Source: Octopus sinensis (Eukaryota). From it: DNA of 64,000 bases. Positions within the stretch are counted from its first letter, which is position 1, and the number at the start of each line of letters is the position of its first letter. The stretch lies in contig NC_043013.1 in NCBI RefSeq assembly GCF_006345805.1, positions 37,634,001 through 37,698,000 of the forward strand, given 5' to 3'. The notes beneath the pieces are model-generated. The model did not search any database. It saw only the letters and a list, made by a program, of their open reading frames with translations, and was not told the origin of the DNA. Of the stretch, positions 39,927 through 54,370 are shown one piece after another. The translations under genes and the position numbers were made by a program.

Positions 39927-40505
39927 ATTATGTCTCAATAAAATATATGGTGGCAATATTTGGAATACATTTGATCAGATAAGCGTCACATCGTTCGGAA
40001 TTTTGCTAGTACGGGAACCACCACAATAATAAAATCAACTATCATTGATAGAAACATATTTTAACATTGCATCGTGGTTAACGCTATATTCATACCAGTT
40101 ATATACGCTGGGTTTCATTCATTCGACAACAGCCATGTTCAACAAATGATGCTTTACTATCTACTAAAGAGATTTCAACTGTTATTGCATTGCTACCTGA
40201 TAATTTCAATTAAACTTCAGATTACATTTTAAGTTGAATTCGATGGCTTAGACAATCTACACAGCCTACAGATTTATTTTTGCTTCCATCACATGTTGCC
40301 CATTAACGACATTTGGCAGATAGAGTTACGTGATAGATGTGAATAGTCAATTTTTCTTTTATGTCTTATGCTTTGGGCAGATAGAACTCGGTTCAATTAA
40401 GTTCAATAGTAGCAAAACCATGAAAAAATATTGCTTGCCGTTCAATGGAAAAAACATCGCAAAATGTATTTGACATTTAAAAACGTTAAATTGCCCATGG
40501 TATAT

Positions 40506-40547
<42 letters not shown>

Positions 40548-40561
40548 TATAATATATATAT

Positions 40562-40596
<35 letters not shown>

Positions 40597-40999
40597 CATA
40601 TATATAATATATATATATACATTATATGATATGTACATATATACATATGTATGTATTATCTATATATATGTAAGTATCTATATGTATATATATATATATA
40701 AGTATCTATATATGCATATATATATGTATATATATATATATATATTTATGTATATATTCATATATATATGTTTGTATATATATATATGTACATACATGTA
40801 TATGTACATATATAGATATAAGTCTATATATATTTATATATATATATGTGTGTATGTATATGCATATATATATATATGTATATATATACATATATTTGTA
40901 TGCATATGTATTTATATATATATATTTCATATGCACATATATATATATACATACATATTTATATACATATGTATATATACACAAACATATATATACATT

Positions 41000-41460
41000 T
41001 ATATATATGTGTATATATACCCACTTTCTCCCTTCCTTTCTCCCTTCATCGTCACCCTCCCTCCTAGCCCCACCCCTACACAATCCAACCCACCTTCCCT
41101 ATCTATCCCTTCCCCCAATCTATCCCTTACACCCACTCCCATACACCCTACCTCTCCACCCCACACTTGATTTCCCCACTCTCGCGTCCCCCATATCCCA
41201 ACACCGCTACACCACATCACTCACCACCACACCATACACCACCATACCACACAACAGCACATCACACAACCACGCACACACTAGCACTGACAACGTCCCA
41301 GCCCCACACCATCATCCACACACCTATACATGCACACACACACATCAAGTTCACCAGTCCCCTTCCACATGCGCATACATGCTCCTTTATACACACACGC
41401 ACACCTTCGTTTGGGATCACCATTACTTTATTATCTCCCCTTCTTCCTAGCCCTCCTGTG
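41000..41460. repeat. C/A-rich low-complexity tract
   Basis: Degenerate CCCT, CACC and ACAC motifs; no coherent ORF. Confidence 0.6.
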
Positions 41461-41714
41461 TGACGCCTCTGTCCGGCAATCGCCATGATAGATCGCTAGC
41501 CACTACGCATTCTTTATTTTCTCTCCTTGTTTCATTCTGTGTTCCATTTTGTGGAAGAGCATAGTCGCCAAACGTTAAGACTTTTTCATTTCCCGAGCAT
41601 TAAACTAATACATCTGTTTGTTGTCTACACCACTTGTCTTACTTTTTGTTTTTGTTATATTTTGTTAATTCCCCCTGTATATATATGCATACATATATAT
41701 ACTTATACATAATA

Positions 41715-41745
<31 letters not shown>

Positions 41746-42128
41746 TATATATATATATTATATATATATATATATATACATATATATATACATACATATA
41801 TATATTACATATAATATATACATATATATATGTATATATAATAGATATATATAAATAAATAAAACATATGCATTATATTACATACATATATGTACGTACC
41901 TACCTCTACATGTATATATGCATGCATATATGGGTACAGGGCACCAAAAAACGTCGAACACAATGAGAAACGAAAACATAAACACAAAACCGAGGAAATG
42001 GACATTTTTTTAAACAACGAAAAAATAGAGTACAGGACATTCAAACAAGGAAAATTCCCCTTCTTCAGTCGCCTTAATTTTATCTACTCCACGCATATAT
42101 ACACACATACATATATATATACATATAC

Positions 42129-42164
<36 letters not shown>

Positions 42165-42327
42165 GTATGTATCTGTGTAACGATGGCCGAAACTTATCTA
42201 GGTATCTAAGTATCTACCTTATTTTTTTCACCTGTGGAAATTTGGAAATGATGATCCTCGGAATATATATACCTATTTGTCGAAACGTTCATCATCTTAT
42301 GATATGCAAATAGCACTTCTAATATAT

Positions 42328-42589
42328 GTTTTATATTTGTTTTTCTCGAAACATAAGGGCCGGTTTCCAGGTTTCTTTGGCGTATAGGTTTCCCACCTGG
42401 ATGGGACGCCGGTCCGTGGCAGGTGAGCTGCAAGTTGCAGGAGGAAAGAGTGAAAAGAATGTTGTGGTAAAAGAGTCAGCAGAAGTTTGCCATTACCTTC
42501 TGCTTAGGTGTTTCGCTCATAAACACACCCATCTCCTGGTCTGAGATTCGAACCCTCGTGCTCTAACCACTAGGCCATGTGCCTTCACT
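42328..42589 (-). mobile_element. SINE, group A-related, tail type iv, 12 bp TSD
   Basis: TSD CTTCTAATATAT at 42316-42327 and 42590-42601. Head TGGCCTAGTGGTTAG...GGTTCGAATCTC. Confidence 0.75.
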
Positions 42590-44510
42590 CTTCTAATATA
42601 TAGTTAGGCAATTTTCTTTAAATCCTTACGTACCATATATAAATGTAAAATATACGTGGATCTATAACAAGATGTGGGAGTAGCAAATCAAGTGTTATAT
42701 GAAGAACAATATTCGTTTGGACTACTGAAATTTCATATTCTTGGATTATATCCCCTGTAGTCCCCGTTTGTTTTAATTCTTTCGCGTTGATTATATCAAA
42801 TGTGTGACTACACTCATTTGTAAAAGAAAATGCATTAGATTGTAGAATATATATTTTTAACCTTGATTTGACAGAATCACTTATACATTGAAATATAATG
42901 AAGATTTTTTTCATATTATCTTTTCAAATTCACATGTGGAGCAAACACGGAGGGAGCCATTTTCCTTTAGGTAATATTGCAATTAAGACTTTATACATTA
43001 TGGGGAAAATGTGTGTCATTTTTTCTAGTAAACACAGTGGGTTACGAGACATCATTCATTGAATGAGTAGACGCCATGTTTGATTCACAGCGCGCCTTCG
43101 TTCAGCAGAATCTATGATATTGTTTAGATACTAAGTTTACAGCAATTAACTCTTATGATTCTAAATACAACTGGAAAAGTCATTTTACTCACAAATACTT
43201 GATGCACGTCTTTTTTGTATAAGTATTTGGTTAGTGTTGATACTACAATTTAAAGTTCTCTTTTAATGGAATTAATAATGAAGCCTGAACCTCCGGCTAG
43301 ACGTATTTTGACGTGAAAAGAAAGATATAAAGTATTTTAATAGTATTCATTTAAATGACCTTGTGAAGTTGACAGGCAAGCAAGTTCATCAAACAAAAGT
43401 GTACTTGTAGAAAGCATATTACGATATATATTTAAATATACATATATACGTACACACACACACGCACACATACAGATAGATAGTTTCATACATACATATA
43501 TATAAACACGGTATATATGTATATATAGTTGAGGAGATAGAAAATAATTAAGAGTCAGTTGAATTAGATATTTGAAATGAGGTACCAAGACGGTTCGGTA
43601 TATACCACGCAGCTGGAAATTAGGTGAATAAAGAGCAAATAAGTAAAAATTCTAATTTTCACCCTTAGAACTTATTTTGATCTCCGTTGTTTTCCATTTT
43701 ATTCCCGTTTTATTTAATAATCTAGATATGTACTAGCCACCCCTGCCCTTCCTCATTCTAGCTGTCACCTCTTCTCCATTAGTCATTCTCTTACTAGCAG
43801 CTCAGAGACATATCCTTTTATGTAGATAAAGCTAGATATCCCAGTAAAATAAGGGTCGGGAAGAATATATGACATTAATTAATTTATCACCATCAACTGG
43901 AACTTAACTGTCAACTCCCAATGGATTTAACTCTAAAGGATTGCACACTATATACTGCATAAAACTTTATAAATATAATAAAGATAAATATGAATAAACT
44001 ATTTGGCCATTCCTTTTTCGCGACCCCCTCTATATTCCTCTGCTACTCTTTAAATTATATTAGCCTTTAGAAATACATTTTTAACTAAATTCATTCTGCC
44101 ACAAGCAAAGGGAAGCAATGTAAGTATTTTCGTTTCTAGTTCTGTGTTAATATAAATAGTTTTAATTGTTTCTAATAAAATTTTAAATAATATTTATATT
44201 ATTGAAATGTCAATTCTAATAATTTCATAAATTGAGCATTGGGGACTGTGGTTGTTGATTTTTATACTTAGCTGCAACTCAGGTTATTTATATTAATATT
44301 TTTATGCCTTCTGTAATATATACTGTGTTTTTGAAAAATAGTTTATCCCTTATATTGGACATTTATATGGACGTCTGCACTGAGAAGGGCGGGTTTTTTT
44401 CCAATTGATGTAATGTATGCATTGATCTATTAAATGGAGAAGCTTGAAACGGCCGTAATGCATTGATACCTGGACATCCTTGTGACTTATTTGCTATATA
44501 TATATATATA

Positions 44511-44900
44511 CAGAGGTTATACAAAATAATGGAAGCACTTTAAAATTTCAAACAAATTTATTTTAATATGGGCGCAAATTACATCTTTAATTCGATGGGG
44601 TACGGACACAAACAAAGCTTGAATTTTTTCCAAAGGAATTTGCGTCCATTCTTTAGCTAACACAGTCACCAGTTATTGTAGTGATGATTATGGAAGGTAT
44701 CAACTGTTTATGTTTCTAAAATGCACTATAAATGTTCATTAATATTCAGATCTGGGTACTGTGGTAGCTAGATAATATGTTCAACTTCACTAGAACGTTT
44801 CCCGTGCCATTCAGCAACAACTTTACCTCTGTAGATTGGAGCATTATCATCCTGAAAGATTGCGTTTCCCTACACAGTTCCGCAACCATACGATGAATTT
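44511..44900 (-). mobile_element. Tc1-like (DD34E-type) transposon 3' fragment
   Basis: AIFQDDNAPIYRGKVVAEW...EHII*LPQYPDLNINEHL. Terminus TA|CAGAGGTTATACAAAATAATGGAAGCAC at 44511. Confidence 0.75.
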
Positions 44901-45004
44901 GATCAGATAGAATGCTTAAATAGAGAGACTTACTGAGACTACCTCTGCTGTAGTCTCCCTTAGAGAAACTTAGAAATATTGATATATATATATATATATA
45001 TATC

Positions 45005-45365
45005 CTTTTACTCTTTTACTCTTTTACTTGTTTCAGTCATTTGACTGCGGCCATGCTGGAGCACAGCCTTTAGTCGAGCAAATCGACCCCGGGACTTATT
45101 CTTTGTAAGCCCAGTACTTATTCTATCGGTCTCTTTTGCCGAACCGCTAAGTGACGGGGACGGAAACACACCAGCAGCGGTTGTCAAGCAATGCTAGGGG
45201 ACAAACACAGACACACAATCACACACACACATATATATATATACATATATACGACAGGCTTCTTTCAGTTTCCGTCTACCAAATCCACTCACAAGGCATT
45301 GGTCGGCCCGGGGCTATAGCAGAAGACACTTGCCCAAGATGCCACGCAGTGGGACTGAACCCGCA
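45005..45365 (-). mobile_element. SINE, group B, young, 5'-clipped
   Basis: Close to the consensus of the other group B copies; (CTTTTA)n tail. Confidence 0.85.
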
Positions 45366-45510
45366 GAGTTCACACATAAATGTGAAACAAGGTGGAAAAA
45401 AGAGTACTCAATACCAGTGGTAGAGTAATATGCTTTATTTAAAGCAGCATATATGCTTTAAATAAAAGTAGATATAATATATATATATTATATATATATA
45501 TATATATATA

Positions 45511-45541
<31 letters not shown>

Positions 45542-45947
45542 TTATTTAGTTATTTATTCATAATTCAATAAGAAAAACACGGTAAACACTTGAGTCAATC
45601 TGTCACTAACAAGTGACTGTCAGCAAGTTTTCTAGATCGGACTCATATAATTAATTGTTAGTTGACACTCACATTATTCCTTTCGTACCATTTCAAAAAT
45701 ACCAGCGTGGCATTCAGGTTACAAAATGGGTAAAGAGGAGAATATTCTTTTTCTTTTTTTGATCCGAGATAAATGAAAATTAAGTTGTACGATGGCAATA
45801 AAGAATGGTGATTGAAACATCACTATCAAAGGAAAATACAAAACTATAAATAATGGAAATTGAGCGAAAACATCAGTTTCAAGATTTCATACATTTTGAT
45901 AGTGAGGATCAGATACATCAACTACTGAGAAGATTATGACGATTAAA

Positions 45948-46153
45948 TCTATTTATTGCCCACAGGGAGCTAAACATAGAGGGGACAGACAAGGAGATTA
46001 AGTCGATCACATCGACCCCAGTGCATAACTGGTACTTAATTTATCGACCCCGAAAGGATAAAAGGCAAAGTCAACCTCGGCGGAATTTGAACTCAGAACG
46101 TAACGGCAGACGAAATACGGCTACGCATTTCGCCCGGCGTGCTAACGTTTCTG
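45948..46153 (-). mobile_element. SINE group C, single body
   Basis: AAAGGCAAAGTCAACCTCGGCGGAATTTGAACTCAGAACGTAACGGCAGACGAAATAC. Confidence 0.75.
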
Positions 46154-46189
46154 AGGATGACGACGAATACGATGGCATTGATTGTGAAG

Positions 46190-46520
46190 GTGCAAGTCTC
46201 AGTGGTTAGAGCGTCGAACTTACGAACGTGTGGTTGTGAGTTCGATTCATGGACCGTGCTGCGTGTTGTGTTCTTGAGCAAGACACTTTATTTCACGTTG
46301 CTCCAGTTAACTCAGTTGTAGAAATGAGTTGCCACGTCACAGGTGCCAAGCTGTAACGTCCTTTGCCTTTCCCTTGGATAACATCAGTGATGTGGGGATG
46401 GGAGGCCGCTATGCATGGGCGACTGCTGGTCTTCCATAAACGAATTTGTCCAGAACTGTGCCTCGGAGGGTAACTTTCTAGGTGCAATCCCACGGTCAGT
46501 CATGACCGAAGGGGGTCTCC
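46190..46520 (+). mobile_element. tRNA-derived SINE of another family
   Basis: A-box-like CTCAGTGGTTAGAGC, B box GAGTTCGATTC, TCTTGAGCAAGACACTT central motif. Confidence 0.6.
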
Positions 46521-46875
46521 TCGATTGTGAATGATAAGAACGAGGAATATATTAACGACGGTGATGAGAAAGATGATGACGAAAAACATATTAACGACGA
46601 CAATTACGAGGATGACACTGATGATGATGATGAGGAGGAGGAGGAGGAGGAGGAAGGGGATAAGGAGAAGGATCATACAAGAAGATGAGGACTACAACGA
46701 CAATGACGACGACAATGATGATGATGATGATGATGATAATGATGGGGATGTTCATCATCATTACCATCATCAACATTATCATGTCGACGAAGGGACGATA
46801 ATGGTGATGAGGAAAAGAAGAAACTAGATAACAAAGACGATGTCGAGGACAATTAACATTGGTGATGTCGATAAT

Positions 46876-47018
46876 AGGCGCAGGAGTAGCTGTGTAGAAC
46901 ATGGTTCTGGGTTCAATCCCACTGCGTGGCACCTTGGGAATATGTCTTCTACTACAGCCTCGGCCCGACCAAAGCCTTGTGAGTGGATTTGGTAGACGGA
47001 AACTGAAAGAAGTCCGTC

Positions 47019-47087
<69 letters not shown>

Positions 47088-47315
47088 TTATGTTCGTGTG
47101 TCTGTGTTTGTACTCCCAACATCGCTTGACAACCTATGCTGTTGTGTATATGTCACCGTAACTTAGCGGTTCGGCAAAAAGAGTTCGATAGAATAAGTAG
47201 TAGGCTTACAAAGAATAAGTCCTGGCGGGGGGGGTCGATTTGCTCGACTAAAGGCGGTGCTCCAGCATGGCCGCAGTCAAATGATTTAAACAAGTAAAAG
47301 AGTAAAAGAGAGTAA
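46876..47315 (+). mobile_element. SINE, group B, full length
   Basis: GGTTCAATCCCACTGCGTGGCACCTTGGG..., expanded internal (AT)(GT) tract, tail GTAAAAGAGTAAAAG. Confidence 0.85.
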
Positions 47316-47678
47316 GAGCAATATACGTGAAAATGATGATAGAGATGATGCTGTTGGAGATGATTACGGAAACGGTACAGATGACAATTTCGCAAATTTT
47401 TATCCGATTCAAAAGGTAAATTGTCTGTGTCTACAGTCATAATTTCTTTCTACATTTCCATTTTATTATTACCGCTCAATTTTTCTTCGTAGCAAATGAA
47501 CGGAAATCAAGTCTAGTAAGCGAGAAAGGCTGTTAGATAATCGTGAGTAAATATCGGAGGGTGTTCTATCTATGTAAAGCTTCTCAGCATTAACTGTTTA
47601 TCTGTATGGAGATACACAAGCACACACACACATATATATGATTCCATATATGTATATATATGTGTGTGTGTGTAAACG

Positions 47679-47710
<32 letters not shown>

Positions 47711-47767
47711 TGTATTTGTGTATGAATGGAAGCATGTTTGCATTTCTGTGTGTGTGTGTGTGTAAAC

Positions 47768-47806
<39 letters not shown>

Positions 47807-48721
47807 GCGTGTTTGCATTTCTGTCTATGTGTGTGTATGTGTGTGTGTGTGTGTGTATGTGTGTGTGATTTTACGTCTGTATCTATGTGTATATCATGAA
47901 TATCGTAAAGTGGAGTGAAGCCAGAAGGGAGCGTCAGGGAATGAAAAGCTTTTTGTTTTTAGTGAATGCTTACATACATGCAAGCATATGTACTTGCATA
48001 ATACATACACAGAACAGACACTCACTAACACATGAATATACACAGGCACATAAACAGAAGCACACACACACACACAGACACATACACTCACATGTATATA
48101 TATTGTGTGTGTGTATAAAGAATGGGGATTTCAATTATGTAAAAGCCATAAAATATGAAGAAGCGGGATAACTTTTGTACTAGGAAAATAATGGCTCGTT
48201 GAAAAGAAGTTGAAACAATGCTGTATATACGCGAATTGATGTGAATGCGAATATATTTCTACGGGGCACATATTTTGTGAGGCGAGTGCTTATTATTAAT
48301 CTTATTTAATGGCGAATATGGCCTTTACTGCCTGGTTATTCTCGTCAGTTGTCTTAGAATTCTGTATGTTTTTGTATTTTTTTTATATATGTATATTCAA
48401 AATGTACCTTTTTGAATACTCATGTGATGAATTGCAAATGCAAACTGAGACACGAGTGTACATAAGCCTACATATATATATTTGTATATGTGTATGTACG
48501 TACGTATTATGTTTGCACCTACATACATGTTAGTGTATATATATATATATATATATAAATATATATATAAATATATATATATACATATAAATATGTATAG
48601 ATACAGGCACACACATATATATGCGTCTATATGTTCGTACATTCATGCTTAATGCACACACATAACATACATATGTACGTACATAAATATATATATATAT
48701 CCTTACATATATTAATACTTA

Positions 48722-48929
48722 TACTCTAAGCACAAGGTAGGAATTTTTTGGAGGAGGGTCCAGCCGATTATATCGACCCCAGTGCGTAACTGGTACTTAT
48801 TTAATCGACCCCGAAAGGATGAAAGACAAAGTCGACCTCGGCAGAATTTGAACTCAGAACGTAGTGGTAGACGAAATACGGCGCTACGCATTTCGCCCGG
48901 CATGCTAACGTTTCTGCCAGCTCGCCGCC
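48722..48929 (-). mobile_element. SINE group C, single body with alternative tail
   Basis: Head GGCGGCGAGCTGGCAGAAACGTTAGCA; the 3' end differs from the concatemer unit. Confidence 0.75.
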
Positions 48930-49016
48930 CTAGTCTAAGTAAATAATGACGGTACTCTATAGTTAAATGAGGCCGGAACAGTTTCCGATGTTTATTTTTT
49001 AATAACGAATAACTGT

Positions 49017-49102
<86 letters not shown>

Positions 49103-49854
49103 TATGTTTGTGTGTGTGTGTGTGTGTGTGTGTAAATCATTCACTGTACAGTGTACTGCGATATTTGAAACGGTTATTTGCATATTTTTTTTTTTACTAT
49201 ATCCTGGCAGATTCGAACGCACACAGAAAATTATTTCATTTCGAAAATGTTCGAAAGCACTCTGCGAATTTGTTTTCTATGTTCTCTTTTCCATTGTTTA
49301 AAAATTTTGATATTTAATCATTTCTAGTAAAAAAAATTTGGCCTGCTAGCAGAATCGTTAGCACCCCTGACACAATGCTTAGGGCGCCATTCCACCCGAC
49401 TTTACACCCTGAGTTCAAATTACGCCCTGGTGGACAAAATAAGAATGAGTTCAATACTGGGGACTCAATAATCGATTTGTTTCCTCACCCGAATTTGCTG
49501 ACCATGTGCTAAAATTTGAAAGCGAATATCTTCTGATAACTGTAACTTTAATGTATAACTACTTTTAACATACAAATGAATATTTCCGGTCACTGAATTT
49601 TTTATGTCTTGTCTGTTATTTGAGACCTTCAGGACATCCGTGTAGGAATTTCAGTTGGTATTTTATCCGATGCAATTACTTCAATATCTTTATAGTGATC
49701 AATAGAACTCATTCCTTTGATAATGATAATAAATGAAATCTGTAATAATATTAAACTGCATATTGTGTATGTGTGTAAGATTTGTGTATACACACATGCG
49801 TATTCACATATATACCTATATCTATATCTATGTATAGAATATAAGAATATGTAT

Positions 49855-49999
49855 AGGCGCAGGCGTGGCTGTGAGGTAAGAGGATTCTTCCAAAGCATAT
49901 GGTTTTGGGTTCAGTCCTACTGCATGGTACCTTGGGGAAGTGTCTTCTACTATAGCCTTGTGAGTGTATTTGGTACACGGGAACGCAAAGAGGTCCATC

Positions 50000-50069
<70 letters not shown>

Positions 50070-50150
50070 CTTCGTGTTTGTGGTCCCATCAATGCTTGAC
50101 GACCAGTGCTTGTGTGTTGAAGTCCACGTAACTTAGCAGCTCTGCAATAG
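49855..50150 (+). mobile_element. SINE, group B, degraded
   Basis: AGGCGCAGGCGTGGCTGTGAGGTAAG...GGTTCAGTCC... Confidence 0.7.
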
Positions 50151-50154
50151 GGAT

Positions 50155-50189
<35 letters not shown>

Positions 50190-50204
<15 letters not shown>

Positions 50205-50741
50205 ATACATACAGAGGAGCATAGTCATTCATGTATAGATATATAATCTAATTAACTGAAGAAAAACAATATACGTATGTATCGATTAAATTTCATTGTC
50301 TACCAAATATTAAATCCTTTAAAATCCGAACAGTCATACACATGATTTTCCCCACTCCCTTTCTCTCTCTTTGTCTGTTTCTCTCTCTCTCTCTCTCCCT
50401 TCTCATCTCTCTCTCCTCTCTCTATCTATCTCTTTTTGTCAACCATCTCACTTCATTCTCTTTCTTCCATTACATTCATTGTCTCTTTCCATGTCTTGTT
50501 TACCCTCCATATGCATTCTACTTCCTGCACTCGTACTCAAAAATCCTCCTCGCAGAATATCATCCTCACGGTGCACATGCTCTCACAAGGCTCCCCAACT
50601 CACTCGATATTCATCCACCCACTCACAAAATCATTTTATTGTTTATTCCTTTCTTTCAAACAGTTTTTTCTTTCATATGTTTTTCTGTTTTCTTTATTTT
50701 CATTTCTATATCTCGCATTATTTGATTCTTATTTAATTAAT

Positions 50742-50836
<95 letters not shown>

Positions 50837-51318
50837 TAGATAGATATATATATATATACATACTATATATACTTATACATCAATGTATGTGTCTCGCTGC
50901 TAATCTGTCTCGTTATTAATCATGCGGGTAATAGCTGAATGTATTGATGGAGTAGGTAATGGTGATGACACAGATTGCAGATTGAAGATAATAAACCTAA
51001 TGGCAGCCATAGATGAAGAGAAGAGTATTGTCACTCTTAATAATTACGAACATAAGTAGAAACACAAGAGATAATCACAAAAGCGCTCACTGAATGCTTA
51101 GATGATCATTGAATGCAATTTATATATATAAACATACATACAGAGGAGCATAGTCATTCATGTATAGATGTATATAATCTAATTAACTGAAGAAAAACAA
51201 TATACGTATGTATCGATTAAATTTCATTGTCTACCAAATATTAACATCCTTTAAATCCGAACAGTCATACACATGATTTTCCCCACTCCCTTTCTCTCTC
51301 TTTGTCTGTTTCTCTCTC

Positions 51319-51361
<43 letters not shown>

Positions 51362-52023
51362 CTTTTTGTCAACCATCTCACTTCATTCTCTTTCTTCCAT
51401 TTACATTCATTGTCTCTTTCCATGTCTTTGTTTACCCTCCATATGCATTCTACTTCCTGCACTCGTACTCAAAAATCCTCTCTCGCAGAATATCATCCTC
51501 ACGTGCACATGCTCTCACAAGGCTCCCCAACTCACTCGATATTCATCCACCCACTCACAAAATCATTTTATTGTTTATTCCTTTCTTTCAAACAGTTTTT
51601 TCTTTCATATTTTTTCATTCTTTGTTTCTTATTTTCATTTCTTATATCTCGCATTATTTGATTATTTAATTTAATTACATATATATATATATATATATAT
51701 ATATAGATATATATATATATATATATAATATATATATATATACATACATATATATACTTATACATCAATGTATGTGTCTCGCTGCTAATCTGTCTCGTTA
51801 TTAATCATGCGGGTAAATAGCTGAATGTATTGATGGAGTAGGTAATGGTGATGACACAGATTGCAGATTGAAGATAATAAACCTAATGGCAGCCATAGAT
51901 GAAGAGAAGAGTATTGTCACTCTTAATAATTACGACCATAAGTAGAAACACAAGAGATAATCACAAAAGCGCTCACTGAATGCTTAGATGATCATTGAAT
52001 GCAATTTATATATATAAACATAC
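50190..52023. repeat. Tandem duplication of a ~0.89-0.93 kb unit
   Basis: AAACATACATACAGAGGAGCATAGTC at 50201 and 51130. The copies differ mainly by 1 bp indels and microsatellite length; boundaries lie in (AT)n. Confidence 0.9.
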
Positions 52024-52069
52024 ACACACACACACACTTGGGTATGTATATGCATAAATATATATAAGG

Positions 52070-52100
<31 letters not shown>

Positions 52101-53174
52101 CGTATCTATGTATGAATATATATATGCGTGTGTGTGCGTGTATGCATCTATATACTTAAATGTATATCAGCATCTCTATATCACCAATATCTATCTATGA
52201 ATTACGTATATACATGTTGTATATGTGTGTGCATTTGAATGTGTATATATATATGGATACTTATGAGTGTCTGTGCGCATGTGTTTGTGTATTTTTTAAT
52301 ATATATATATATATATAATATATATATTTATATATTTATATATATATACATATATATAAATATGCATATTGTCCGTGTCTTCTGTTCACAGACAATGATA
52401 ACAATATTCATACAATATACAATGTATAAATAGCTATGTTATCTCTGCAACAATTTATATTTCAAACGGTTGAATTATAACCTTTTGTCCGGCAAAACTA
52501 ATTACTCAAGTATTTAGCGGAGTGTGACAGCAAGTGAACTAGCCTACGTATTTTCATATACTCCCATTGACATGCACCTCTGCATATTGACAATATAGAT
52601 ATATGCGCATCTCTTATATGTATGCATAAATAAAAGCTATGTGAGAAAATATATTGATATAGATAAGCTTGTATTTTTCATGGAAACAAGATAATAGAAA
52701 TTACACTCGTTCCCAGTGAGATTTGCAAGAACTCGGAGTTTAAATCTAAGAGGACTTGGCTTCATATCTTACCGTAGACCAAGTATTACTCCCGAGAATG
52801 TGTGCGCAGATCGTATGAATCATTAGTCTCCAATCATATATGTATGTATTTATGTATGTATATAATACGGTGCCTATGTATATAATATATGTATATAATA
52901 CGGTATGTATATAAAACTTGATGGTATTAGTACACTGGAAATTACTAGTACACTTCATCTACCCTTTGGATGCTGTTAGTAATATTGGAAACATTAATAA
53001 ACTTGATGTGCTCTTTAATGGATTCTGTATTTTATACCGTGGCGTGTTAAACAAATGAAACGATGTTCAACATCAAGCAGGTTTCGTGCGGTTGCCATTT
53101 ACGACCGGAAACCAGACCAGCGAGCGTGTTATATTTTAGTTATATTCCACTTATATAGCACATAAGAATTGTAT

Positions 53175-53461
53175 ATTCTTTTACTTATATCAGTCATTTG
53201 ATTGCGGCCATGCTGGAGCACCGTCTTTAGTCGAACAATTCGACCTCAGTATTTATTCTTTGTAAGTCTTGTATTTACTGTATCGGTCTCCTTTGCCGAA
53301 CAGCTTATTTACGGAGGCGTAGACAGATCAACATCGGTTGTCAAGCGATGGTGGTAGGACAAACACAGACACACAAATACACACACATACTCACACACCC
53401 ACGCACTCCCATATATATGTGTGTGTGTGTGTGTGTATATAATACTATAATAACACCAGAA

Positions 53462-53506
<45 letters not shown>

Positions 53507-53915
53507 AATACCAAAAATGGGATAAGAACGCAAAACATCCAGACAGATAATACAAAAAAGGGACAACAAAACATACTGATAAACGATACAAAAATCCTGC
53601 TCGGGTTATTCGGAGTTTTTTTTCTTCGGTCGGGTTCCAGATTATCTTTGCAATTTCGGCTGGATATAATGAAGATTGCTCCAATCTGACCAGCTCCAAG
53701 GATAATCTAACCTAAGAACACTAGATTCCTTGTAAGAAAGCAGTGAATACTTACGAAAACAAAGACGGGAAAAACGGAGAAATGGTACATAAATACAAAT
53801 GCAAATAAGGACATTAACAAACGACAGACTTGTTTCGGTTTCCGATTACCAAATCCACTCGCAGCGCTTTGGTCGGCCCGAGGCTATAGTTGAAGGCACT
53901 TCCCCAAGGTACCTT
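53175..53915 (-). mobile_element. SINE group B split by a ~400 bp insertion in its internal microsatellite
   Basis: 3' half at 53175-53400, 5' half at 53820-53915, foreign sequence at ~53500-53815. Confidence 0.65.
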
Positions 53916-54287
53916 CAACGTTGTTAATTGAAGCTTGCTACAGCATTAAGCAATCGCCTTCACGTATCCAGGTAGTATTTCATTTCTAGTTCTTGTCGTT
54001 CTATTGCTCATGTGTATGCAACTTTTGTTATACTTAATACGGTGAACTGTGTGCTGTTTTGTGTTCTTTGTACTTTGTTGTAGTTTATCCCGTAAAGGTT
54101 TGCGGAAGCAAGCAATATTCACATACAACCTGTCTCTAATACATTGTTTGTACATCATGTTGAACAAGTGTGGTATCTACAATTGCTCTAAGGAAGTTTT
54201 GTTCTGCATTTTGTTTTCAGTGTTATGTCTTCTGTATGTGCTATAAATATGTGAAGTAATATATAACTCTTAGTATTATAATAATTA

Positions 54288-54333
<46 letters not shown>

Positions 54334-54370
54334 TGTGTGTGTGTGCGTGTGTGCGTGTGTGCGTAATATA

